Below are positions 42,011 through 52,530 of a stretch of DNA of 64,000 bases, in pieces. The translations under genes were made by a program, and so were the position numbers. Where the stretch lies: NCBI GenBank assembly GCA_963720985.1, contig CAVRHL010000001.1, positions 166,994-230,993 on the forward strand, read 5' to 3'. Each line of letters starts with the position of its first letter. The first letter of the stretch is position 1. This stretch comes from an uncultured Alphaproteobacteria bacterium. GTDB taxonomy: Bacteria > Pseudomonadota > Alphaproteobacteria > Rhizobiales > Xanthobacteraceae. The notes beneath the pieces were generated by a model, which ran no database searches, was not told the DNA's origin, and saw only the letters and a program-made list of their open reading frames with translations.

Positions 42011-42142
42011 AAGTGCGGTTGCGGCTGCCAAAAAACGGGACAATGCCTGCGTTCACCGTTGGCGTATGACCCCCAACTCGTCCATGATCGGCCGGCTGGG
42101 ACGGGCAGGGGCGAACGCCTGCAACATAAGGGAGACACCACC

Positions 42143-42583
42143 ATGCGCTTTTCATCCGGACTGCGGGCGGCTGCGCTCGCGCTGACCTTGCTTGCCGGCC
42201 TCTTCGCGAGCGGCGGCGCGCGCGCCGACGAGGGCACCATCAGCATCCGCATCTTCAAGGCGGGCTTCGTGATCGGCGGCTCGGCCGGCAGCGGCGTGCT
42301 GCATTTCCACGGCCGCAGCTATCCGCTGTCGATCGGGGGCTTAAGCTACGGCTTCACCTTCGGCGCGTCGGAGACCCGTTTCCATGGCCGGGTCTCTAAT
42401 ATCCGCCGGCCCTCCGATGTCCAAGGCGTCTATGGCCAGGCCGGCGCCGGCGCGGCCGTCGTGCGCGGCGCGCAGGCGGTGGTGCTGACCAACCAGAGCG
42501 GCGCAGTGCTCACGCTGGCCGGCGAGCAGGCGGGCCTCATCGTCAGCGCCGACCTCAGCGGTCTCGCGCTGTCGCTGAAATAG
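42143..42583 (+). CDS. Secreted Gly-rich beta-structured protein (DUF1134/EipA-like), copy 1
   Basis: GGGAG RBS, signal peptide ending ARA, KAGFVIGGSAGSG, GGLSYG and LTNQSGAVL. Confidence 0.8.
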   Translation: MRFSSGLRAAALALTLLAGLFASGGARADEGTISIRIFKAGFVIGGSAGSGVLHFHGRSYPLSIGGLSYGFTFGASETRFHGRVSNIRRPSDVQGVYGQAGAGAAVVRGAQAVVLTNQSGAVLTLAGEQAGLIVSADLSGLALSLK

Positions 42584-42597
42584 GCGGGAGAAACGCC

Positions 42598-43039
42598 ATG
42601 CGCCTGTCACGCGGACTCCGCGCCGCCGCGATCGCGCTTGCCATGCTCGCGGGCGCTTTCGCCCCGGGCGCGGCGCGCGCCGACAGCGGCACCATCCGCT
42701 TCGCGGTGTTGAAAGGCGGCTGGTTCGTCGGCGCCTCGGGCGGCGATGGCGCGCTGTTCTTCCACGGCAAGGTCTATCCGGTCTCGGTTGGGGGCCTGAG
42801 TGCTGGCCTGGTGTTCGGCGCTTCGCGCACCAGCTTCCACGGCACGGTGAGCAACATCCGCGAGCCCGCCGACGTCACCGGCGCTTATTTCGCCGTCGGT
42901 GGCGGCGCCGCGGTCATCGCGGGGCGGCAGGTCATCGTGCTGCAAAACGAGAAGGGCGCGCAGCTGAGAACTCACCGGCGAGCAGATCGGCCTGCAGGTC
43001 AATGTCGATCTCAGCGGCTTGGCGATTACGGTGAAGTAG
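42598..43039 (+). CDS. Tandem paralog of 42143-42583; +1 frameshift near 42968
   Basis: Same signal peptide and KGGWFVGASGGDG / GGLSAG / LQNEKGA pattern. The shifted frame gives LTGEQIGLQVNVDLSGLAITVK*, matching the end of copy 1. Confidence 0.8.
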
Positions 43040-43122
43040 GGGGCTTGGGGAGACCGCTATAGCTATCAAGTGCCGGCCTTCCGCAGAGAGCTGACCAACT
43101 CCATGGGATGAGTGTAGAAGCC

Positions 43123-43152
43123 GGCGCGTTACGCTTCGCTAATCCGCCCTAC
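43123..43152 (-). repeat. GTAG-type REP
   Basis: Minus strand GTAGGGCGGATTAGCGAAGCGTAACGCGCC: a GTAG tetranucleotide followed by an imperfect hairpin. Confidence 0.7.
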
Positions 43153-43157
43153 AATAC

Positions 43158-43928
43158 TCACACCGCCCTATACCCGCCATCCGCCATCACGATGGTGCCG
43201 GTGACAAAGGCCGACAGATCCGATGCGAGGAAGATCGCCGGCCCGACGATGTCCTCGGGCTTCCCGGCGCGGCCGAGCGGCGTGTGATCCATGAACACCT
43301 TCACGTTTTCCGGATGATTGGCGCGCGTCGCCGCGTTGAGCGGCGTCTCGATGAAGCCGGGGCCGACGGCGTTGACGCGCACGCCGTCTTTGCCGAGCTC
43401 GGCGGCGAGCGCCTTGGTGAAGCCGAGCACGCCGTGCTTTGAGGCGGTGTAGGCGGCCGACGACGGCGTGCGGATGTGCACGAAGGACTGGATCGAGCCG
43501 AGATTGACGATCCGGCCTTTGTTCGCGCGCAAATGATCGAGAAAGGCCCGCGTCGCGTTGAAGGCGCCGGTGAGGTTGATGGCGATGATGTCGGCCCAGT
43601 CCTTGGCGACGGCCTCGGCGTCGGCCGTGATGGCGTTGCGCCGCGCGATGCCGGCATTGTTGACCAGGATAGAAATCGTGCCGAGCTTGGCCGCGACCTG
43701 CGCCGCGACGGCGTGGCAGGCGGCGCGGTCGGTGACGTCGAGGGTGAGCGCGATCGCCTTGCCGCCTTCGGCCGTAATCTCGGCGGCGGTTTTCTCCGCT
43801 GTGGCACCATTGATGTCGAGCACGGCAAGGCTCGCGTCTTCGCGCGCGTAGCCCAGCGCGATGGCGCGGCCGATGCCGGAGCCCGCGCCGGTGACGGCGG
43901 CGATGTGGTTTCGCAGCAGATTGGCCAT
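43158..43928 (-). CDS. SDR oxidoreductase
   Basis: TGAGSGIG, NNAGI, YTASK and DGG. Confidence 0.93.
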   Translation of the reverse strand: MANLLRNHIAAVTGAGSGIGRAIALGYAREDASLAVLDINGATAEKTAAEITAEGGKAIALTLDVTDRAACHAVAAQVAAKLGTISILVNNAGIARRNAITADAEAVAKDWADIIAINLTGAFNATRAFLDHLRANKGRIVNLGSIQSFVHIRTPSSAAYTASKHGVLGFTKALAAELGKDGVRVNAVGPGFIETPLNAATRANHPENVKVFMDHTPLGRAGKPEDIVGPAIFLASDLSAFVTGTIVMADGGYRAV

Positions 43929-44108
43929 AGTCGTCCTCCCCACCGTGTTTTGCGTCAGGCTAGCAGCCCACCGGCGGGGCGGGAAACCCGTGTCACATTC
44001 GTCATTTATTAGCGCTAAAATTGAACCCGGGAGCGCCCCGCCGACACTATGATAGTGTCGGAATCGCACGCTTTCCGAGTGACGAGACTCTAGCGACGAG
44101 CCCTGCCC

Positions 44109-45311
44109 GTGAACGAGCCCTTTGCCCCGCCAATCGTCCCCGCCCGCGCCGCCACGGAGCCGGTTTTCTTTTACGACGAGCGGCCGCGCTATCGCCGCAT
44201 GGTGCTGCGCGGCGCCATGCTGGAACTGGTCACCGTCGGCTTCTACCGCTTCTGGCTCGCCACCAACATGCGTCGGCATCTGTGGTCGCACACCGCGGTC
44301 GGCGGCGACACCGCGGAATATACCGGCACGGCGCGCGAGCTGCTGATCGGCTTTCTGTTCGCGGTGGCGATCCTGGCGCCGATCTATTTCGTCTATTTTC
44401 TGCTCGGCCTCGAAGCCGAGCGCTACAAGGCCTTCGCCAGCGTGCCGATGGGCCTGTTCTTCTATTTGTTCACCCAGTTCGCCGTCTACCGCGCGCGCCG
44501 ATACCGGCTCACCCGCACGGTGTGGCGCGGCGTGCGCTTCTGGATGACGGGCTCCGGCTGGAACTACGCCTGGCGCGTCGGCTTATGGACGCTGCTGGCC
44601 TCGATCACGCTCGGCATTGCACTGCCGTGGCGCCAGGCCGCGCTCGAGCGCTTCAAGATGCGGCACACGTCCTACGGCCATCTGCAGGGCTGTTTCGTCG
44701 GCGTCGGCGGCGAGCTATTCAAGCGCGGCTGGGGCCTGTGGGCGATCATGTTGGGTCTGGTGGCCTTGCCGTTCATCTTCGGGGTGACGAAACATGAAGT
44801 CCTGACCGGCCTCACGGTGTTCGGCCCGATGATCGCGGCGCCGTTCCTTTACCCGATGTACAAGGCGATCGAATGGCGCTGGTGGGTCGGCGGCATCCAG
44901 TTCGGCGACGTGCGCTACAAATCGGCGCTGCGGCGCGGCGATTTGCTCGGCGTCTATTGGAAGGTCATCGGCTGGAGTCTGCTGATCTTTTCCGCGCTGT
45001 CGATCTGGATCGGCGGCGTGATGGGCGTCGCCTTTGCGCTCACCGGCTTTAAGGGCACGACGGCGCAAGAGGTGACGGCGATGATGCAAAGCGCCAGCGT
45101 CCTGGTGCCGCTCGGCCTCGGCTATGTCATGGCCGTGCTGGCATTCTGGGCGGTGACGCGGATCTATCTGATCCACGACGTGTGGCGGCGCGTAGCCTGG
45201 TCGGTCACCGTGCACAATCTCACCACGGCGGAGGACGTCGTGGCCGAGGGCCAGCCGGTCACCGCGCTCGGCGAGGGCTTCGCCGACAGCCTCGACGTCG
45301 TCGGCTTCTAG
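44109..45311 (+). CDS. YjgN/DUF898 membrane protein
   Basis: VTVGFYRFW, YTGTARELLIGF, RYRLTRTVWRGVRF and ITLGIALPW. Confidence 0.9.
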   Translation: MNEPFAPPIVPARAATEPVFFYDERPRYRRMVLRGAMLELVTVGFYRFWLATNMRRHLWSHTAVGGDTAEYTGTARELLIGFLFAVAILAPIYFVYFLLGLEAERYKAFASVPMGLFFYLFTQFAVYRARRYRLTRTVWRGVRFWMTGSGWNYAWRVGLWTLLASITLGIALPWRQAALERFKMRHTSYGHLQGCFVGVGGELFKRGWGLWAIMLGLVALPFIFGVTKHEVLTGLTVFGPMIAAPFLYPMYKAIEWRWWVGGIQFGDVRYKSALRRGDLLGVYWKVIGWSLLIFSALSIWIGGVMGVAFALTGFKGTTAQEVTAMMQSASVLVPLGLGYVMAVLAFWAVTRIYLIHDVWRRVAWSVTVHNLTTAEDVVAEGQPVTALGEGFADSLDVVGF

Positions 45312-45336
45312 GCCGCGGCCGCAAGGAAACGATGCG

Positions 45337-46677
45337 ATGACCACCGAGCCCGAGACGCCGATCCCCGCGCCGCCTGAGCCGGCGCCGCCGCACCCGGCGA
45401 CGTCGGTGCCGGTGATCCCGCCGCCTGCCGCGCCGGCGCCCGAAACGGCACAGGCCGCGCCGCCCGCCAATGCCGCGACTTTTTTCAACGGCCGCTCCAA
45501 CCGCAAGCGCAGCTCCACGCTCAGCCTGGCGACCGCCGGGCTCGAGATCGTCGAGGACGGCGTGCTGGTTGACGTGTGGCCCTACGCCAGCATGCGCCGC
45601 GCCGACGGGCCGCGCGAACTGCTGCGGCTGCGTTCGGTGACGGCGCTGCCGCTGTCGCGCGTCGAGGTCGCCGATCCGGCGCTGCAGGCGGCGATCGCCG
45701 CGCGCTGCCCGTCGCTCGACTTGGGCGAAGCGCGGCAGACCTGGCGCATCGTCGGCTGGTCGCTCGGCGCGGTCACCTCGATCGTGTTGCTCGGCGTCTT
45801 CGTCGTTCCCATCGTCGCCGACCGCCTGGTGCCGTTCGTTCCCCAGGCCTTCGAGCGGCGTCTCGGCGAGGCGGTCGACAAGCAGGCCGAGGCGATCTTC
45901 GGCGGCAAGCGCTGCAGCGGCGCCGCCGGGCAGGAGGCCTTCTCGTCGCTGGCCGACAAGATCAAGCGCGCCGGCGGCGTCGACATTGAATTGAACGCCG
46001 CGGTGCTGGCTTCGCGTACGCCCAACGCCTTCGCGCTGCCGGACGGCGGGGTCTTCCTGCTCGATGGGCTGATCCAGAAGGCGGAGGCGCCCGACGAGAT
46101 CGCCGGCGTGCTGGCGCACGAACTGGGCCACGTCAAGCACCGCGACCATCTGCGGCAATTGATCCAGACCGGCGGCACCTCGTTTCTGTTTGGCCTGCTG
46201 TTCGGCGACGTCAGCGGCGCCGGCGCCGTGGTCTTCGCCAGCCGCACGCTGCTCAACGCCTCTTATTCGCGCGAAGCGGAACAGAACGCCGATGATTTCG
46301 CCGTCGACGTCATGCACAAGCTCGGCCGCTCGCCGAAGCCGATGGGCGACCTGCTGCTGCGCGTGACCGGCGCGCAGGCCAACAAGAATTACACCATCCT
46401 CGCTAGCCATCCGATGACCGAGGCCCGCCGCGAGGCGATGATCAAGGGGGACCGGCCCTCGACCGGCGCGGAGCTGTTGTCTCCGGCGCAATGGCAGGCG
46501 CTGAAGACCATGTGTGGCGGTGTGGCGGCGCTGCCGGTACGGCCGGCGCCGCCGCGACCAACACCGCCGGTCCGCTCGGGCCAAGGCCCGGAGCGGGGAG
46601 CGGGACGCGACCCCGGAGTATCACCGCGGCAGGCACCGAGCCGAGAGCTGGAATCGGGCGCGGACAACGGCGGCTAG
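45337..46677 (+). CDS. M48-family metallopeptidase, usual YjgN partner; Pro-rich termini
   Basis: NAFALPDG, LAHELGH, YSREAEQNAD and ASHP. Confidence 0.9.
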   Translation: MTTEPETPIPAPPEPAPPHPATSVPVIPPPAAPAPETAQAAPPANAATFFNGRSNRKRSSTLSLATAGLEIVEDGVLVDVWPYASMRRADGPRELLRLRSVTALPLSRVEVADPALQAAIAARCPSLDLGEARQTWRIVGWSLGAVTSIVLLGVFVVPIVADRLVPFVPQAFERRLGEAVDKQAEAIFGGKRCSGAAGQEAFSSLADKIKRAGGVDIELNAAVLASRTPNAFALPDGGVFLLDGLIQKAEAPDEIAGVLAHELGHVKHRDHLRQLIQTGGTSFLFGLLFGDVSGAGAVVFASRTLLNASYSREAEQNADDFAVDVMHKLGRSPKPMGDLLLRVTGAQANKNYTILASHPMTEARREAMIKGDRPSTGAELLSPAQWQALKTMCGGVAALPVRPAPPRPTPPVRSGQGPERGAGRDPGVSPRQAPSRELESGADNGG

Positions 46678-46693
46678 GCGGCGGCCTACTCGC

Positions 46694-47152
46694 TCAGGCC
46701 CGCTCGACCTTCGCCGCGTAGCAGCCGGGCGCGGCGAAATGGACGTGCAGATAGTGCGCGCGCGGCTTGGCGAACTGCCGTTCGATCGCGTCCTCGAGCC
46801 AAATGCCTTCGATCAGCTCGCTGCCGGTCATCATGCCCTCGGCATCGAAGCCACGCACCGCGAGCGTGCGCCGGCGCAACTGATCGGGCACAGTATCGAC
46901 GGCGTCGTAGGTTTCCTCGCCCGGTCGCACGTAAATGGCAAAACACATGCGGTAGGGCGAAGCGACGGCGTGATGCTCGAAGTTGGTGAGGATCACGTCG
47001 TCGCCCGGGGCGGCGTCGGTGAGGCTCACGCGGCAGGGGCTCGGCCCGTCGGCTTTTCTGCGCACCGCGCCGAGCGCGACGAGCTCGGCGTTGGTGAGGG
47101 CGAACAGGTGCGCGAATTGGTCGGCCGGCAGGCCGGTGATGCGGAAATTCAT
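46694..47152 (-). CDS. DUF1203-domain protein
   Basis: AGGAGG RBS, MNFRITGL, PCRVSLTDA, SPYR and YLHVHFAAPGCYA. Confidence 0.88.
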   Translation of the reverse strand: MNFRITGLPADQFAHLFALTNAELVALGAVRRKADGPSPCRVSLTDAAPGDDVILTNFEHHAVASPYRMCFAIYVRPGEETYDAVDTVPDQLRRRTLAVRGFDAEGMMTGSELIEGIWLEDAIERQFAKPRAHYLHVHFAAPGCYAAKVERA

Positions 47153-47264
47153 GGCGTCCTCCTGTTGTTGCGGAGGACATGGGCCTTGCGGCCCCGCCGG
47201 GACACCCGGTTTGGGCACCCGATTCCTGCGGTCTTTGGACGGCCGATGCGGCTGCCAGCCGCCG

Positions 47265-47532
47265 TCAATGATAGATCCGCTCCTCGCGCAGGAACGGCTC
47301 CGGCCGTTTCCCGGTCTTTTGCATGACGCAGGTGTTCACCGCCTACATGCGGCTCAGCATGTTGTTGTCGGTGCCGGTCATTTTCCAGCGCTTGGTCTCT
47401 GCGTCGTAGAACGCGCCCTGCTGCTTGAAGCACTCAAGCTGGATGGCGGTGAGGCTTGGCGGCGTAAGACGGCGCCGCGAGAGCGAACAAAGCAACGGCC
47501 GCGACGATGGCGGCGCACGACGTGCGGTTCAT
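47265..47532 (-). pseudogene. Disrupted gene for a small secreted two-Cys protein (not in the ORF track)
   Basis: MNRTSCAAIVAAVALFALAAPSYAAK, +1 shift, LTAIQLECFKQQGAFYDAETKRWKMTGTDNNMLSRM, TAG at 47343-47345, AVNTCVMQKTGKRPEPFLREERIYH*. GGGGGAAG upstream and host-like codon usage. Confidence 0.65.
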
Positions 47533-47595
47533 GGCTTCCCCCGATGACCGGTGTGCAAGGCCGGTCTGCAAGCATAGGTAGCATAGCGCGCGTCG

Positions 47596-48522
47596 CTAAA
47601 TCCTCGCCCCGCGATTATAGGCCTCGACCAGCTGGTTGTAGTCGCGCAAGAGCCGCGGCGGCGAGCCCTCGACCATCCAGCCCGAGCCGGCGTTGAGCAT
47701 CATCTTGTCGCCGGTCGAGTACGGCACGTGATCGCGGAGGCGGCGCATCAGGAACTTCGCCGTGGCCAGGAACGACTTGGCGTTGCTCATGAAGAACGAG
47801 CCGATCTTGGCGCCGCCGGCGGCGCTGGCGAACGGCTCGGCGCCCTTGAGGGTATCTTCGTAGTCCTTGATCGCCTCCGTAATCTCGGCGAGGTCGGGTT
47901 TCTCGGCGCCTTCGAAGCGCAGCACGCGCTTGGCCCGGATCATCGTCGCTTCGACGAAATAGAGCGCGTTGCGGCCGTCGCTTTGCTCGATCGACGCGAG
48001 CTTCTCCAGCGCGCGCCGGTCGTTGATGGCCTCGACGCCGCCGCGCAGCTTTTTGTCGGCACTTTCGAAGGCGTCCCAGGCGGCGACCAGCAGCGGATGC
48101 AGGGCGCGGCCCTTGGCCATCTTGTCGTCCTTGTAGTCCTGCTGGGTGTAGTAGTCGTCGGCTTCCTTGAGCAGCGTCTCGAGCTTGCTCACGGCCTTGG
48201 CGTAGGCCGTGGCCGCGGCTTCGAGCTCGGCGTCGTGCGGCTCCAGCGCATTGGCCTTCTCGACATTGTTGCGGCAATCCGTGGTGTCGTAGATGGTATA
48301 GGTGCCGTAGATGATGCGCTCGCGGCCGGTCGGCCCGCTTTTCGCGGCCCAACTGAAATAGCGCGAGCGCGATTGGTAGGAGCGCTCCGACAGCCGGTTG
48401 ATGCAGCCGACATAGGCGTTGAGCTTTTCGGTGAGCGAGGACGTCTGCGCGGCGGCGCGGTCCGCGGCGAGCGGCGCGAGCAGAACGGTTGCTCCGAGGA
48501 CGGCTGCGGTAAACGGCTTCAT
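47596..48522 (-). CDS. YiiG/DUF3829-like secreted protein
   Basis: Signal peptide, EKLNAYVGCIN, YYTQQDYKDDKMAKG and C-terminal YNQLVEAYN. Confidence 0.8.
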   Translation of the reverse strand: MKPFTAAVLGATVLLAPLAADRAAAQTSSLTEKLNAYVGCINRLSERSYQSRSRYFSWAAKSGPTGRERIIYGTYTIYDTTDCRNNVEKANALEPHDAELEAAATAYAKAVSKLETLLKEADDYYTQQDYKDDKMAKGRALHPLLVAAWDAFESADKKLRGGVEAINDRRALEKLASIEQSDGRNALYFVEATMIRAKRVLRFEGAEKPDLAEITEAIKDYEDTLKGAEPFASAAGGAKIGSFFMSNAKSFLATAKFLMRRLRDHVPYSTGDKMMLNAGSGWMVEGSPPRLLRDYNQLVEAYNRGARI

Positions 48523-48523
48523 G

Positions 48524-48575
48524 ATCTTACCCCCAATGCCAATGGCGGCATCTTACCCCCAATGCCAATGGCGGC
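48524..48575. repeat. Perfect 26-bp tandem duplication covering the RBS of the YiiG-like gene
   Basis: ATCTTACCCCCAATGCCAATGGCGGC at 48524-48549 and 48550-48575. Confidence 0.95.
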
Positions 48576-48652
48576 GTCGCCGCAACGGGTCCGGCGACAA
48601 CACTTGGTCGCACGAAGCCTATCACGGGTTCAAGCTTCGTAGAACGGGTTAG

Positions 48653-48680
48653 GCTTGTTCCCGCGTTCGCGGGGACGAGC
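48653..48680. repeat. REP-like palindrome
   Basis: GCTTGTTCCCGCGTTCGCGGGGACGAGC, an imperfect hairpin. Confidence 0.6.
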
Positions 48681-48984
48681 GGACTGTACTTGCCGGCAGC
48701 GCCGACCAGTCCAAATGCGCGCTTCGCCCGCTGACACAATATGCAGGGCGCCCATAAAAAAAGTATGCGAGAGGTTTTCCAAAGACCTTGCAGTCCACCA
48801 GGTCCACAAACCCGACTTAGCAATATCAGCGGCCACAAGCGCGTTTGCGATGCGTGTGAGAGGCAGGGGCGGCCAATTCGGGTTAGGATGCTTATCGACC
48901 CGGTCACGAAAATCTGAGCGGCCGTCCTCGATCGGACTCATGCGAGTGCCTGCTTTGCCAGTAGACCTTGCAACGTGAACTAAT

Positions 48985-51271
<2,287 letters not shown>

Positions 51272-51284
51272 GGGCGGTTGTCCT

Positions 51285-51357
51285 GTCCCTTCGCCGGCAT
51301 GACCCGGATCAGGTTCTAAGGGTTTTTCTCAGCCCGTACCCGGGCACCCCTCGGAAC
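51285..51357 (-). ncRNA. TPP riboswitch (THI element)
   Basis: Minus strand GTTCCGAGGGGTGC...GCTGAGA...ACCCTTAGAACCTGATCCGGGTCATGCCGGCGAAGGGAC, with all conserved boxes, upstream of thiC. Confidence 0.95.
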
Positions 51358-51445
51358 TCAATTTAATGTAGGCTTGGCGGCAGGGGTGTCAATGCGCGCG
51401 GTGCATGGCTGCGCGGCGGTATTCTTTATGCTCCACCCACAAGCG

Positions 51446-52168
51446 CTAGGCCTCGCGCGGGATCGGCGCCAGCGCTTGCGGCTGGTAATGCGCCAGCGTC
51501 TGGATGGCGTCGAAATCGAGGAATTCAATGACGCGGTCGCGGTCGGCGATCAGCTTCTCGCCGCGCAGCTGCTGCATCATGCGATTGACGTGCGGCACGC
51601 TCAAGCCCAGCACGTCGGCGATCACCTCCTGCGAGAAGGGCAGGGTGAAGTGCGCTTCCTCCGCGCGTCCGACCGCGCGCAGCCGGTCGTGCAGTTCAAG
51701 CAGAAAATGCGACAGCCGTTCGACCGGCGTGCGCCGGCCGACGTCGATGACGTGCTCGGCGTAGGTGGTCGCCTCCTGCACGGCGATCCAGCTCAGCGCC
51801 AGGCCGAATTGCGGATGCCGGTAGCACAGCTGGACGTAAGCATCGAGCGCGCAGACGTTCATGCGCAGATCGGTGATGGCGGTGACCGAATAGACCGCGC
51901 GCTCATAGAAGCTGCCCGGCAGACCGACGATGTCGCCGGGCACGATGACGTTGAGGATTTGCCGCTTGCCGTTGCGCAGCAGCTTGTAGCGGACGGCGTA
52001 GCCGTCCTTGACGAAGCAGAGCTTGCGATACTCGTAGCCGTCGGCGATCAGGTCGCGCCGTTTGCGGATCGTCAACTCGCCGTCGATGATATCGTCGAGG
52101 CCCTTGAGGCCCGCGGCCTTCAAATCGACGAGCTGCGACAGCCGCGCGACGAATGGATGCCGATCCAA
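51446..52168 (-). CDS. Crp/Fnr-family transcriptional regulator (no Fe-S Cys cluster)
   Basis: GKRQILNVIVPGD, GRRTPVERLSHFLLEL and SQEVIADVLGLSVPHVNR HTH. Confidence 0.92.
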   Translation of the reverse strand: MDRHPFVARLSQLVDLKAAGLKGLDDIIDGELTIRKRRDLIADGYEYRKLCFVKDGYAVRYKLLRNGKRQILNVIVPGDIVGLPGSFYERAVYSVTAITDLRMNVCALDAYVQLCYRHPQFGLALSWIAVQEATTYAEHVIDVGRRTPVERLSHFLLELHDRLRAVGRAEEAHFTLPFSQEVIADVLGLSVPHVNRMMQQLRGEKLIADRDRVIEFLDFDAIQTLAHYQPQALAPIPREA

Positions 52169-52406
52169 ACCGTTGCCTGGGGCTTGCGCGCGCGTGGGTT
52201 AAATCCAGCAGCCAGCCTAGCGCCGTTCAATAATCTGAATCCATAATCCAGCTGAAAGCGCCGGCAGGGCGCGCCCGGCAGACTGGGCCTTGCCGTTCGT
52301 TTCCCCTCTGGAGCGGATGGCATAGACCCAAACTGAAACTTATGGCCGCACCGCTCGCGGGCGGCCATTTTTGGCCGCGGCGCGAAAACGGGGCGCTGGT
52401 CCAGCA

Positions 52407-52526
52407 ATGAGCGAAAATCGAGACGATTGGGCCGACCCGATCGGCCGGCGGGTAGCCACGGCGTTCATCGCGCTTTTGGCCGCGATGTTCGCCTATGGCT
52501 ATCTCGGTTGGTTGGTCGGCGGCTAG
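52407..52526 (+). CDS. Candidate 39-aa single-TM small protein (below ORF-track cutoff)
   Basis: MSENRDDWADPIGRRVATAFIALLAAMFAYGYLGWLVGG*. It fills the gap between Crp/Fnr and tctA; RBS is weak. Confidence 0.5.
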   Translation: MSENRDDWADPIGRRVATAFIALLAAMFAYGYLGWLVGG

Positions 52527-52530
52527 CGCG

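Noticed and set aside
48524-48575. CRISPR-like repeat
   Set aside because: Two abutting copies with no spacer, and no cas genes.
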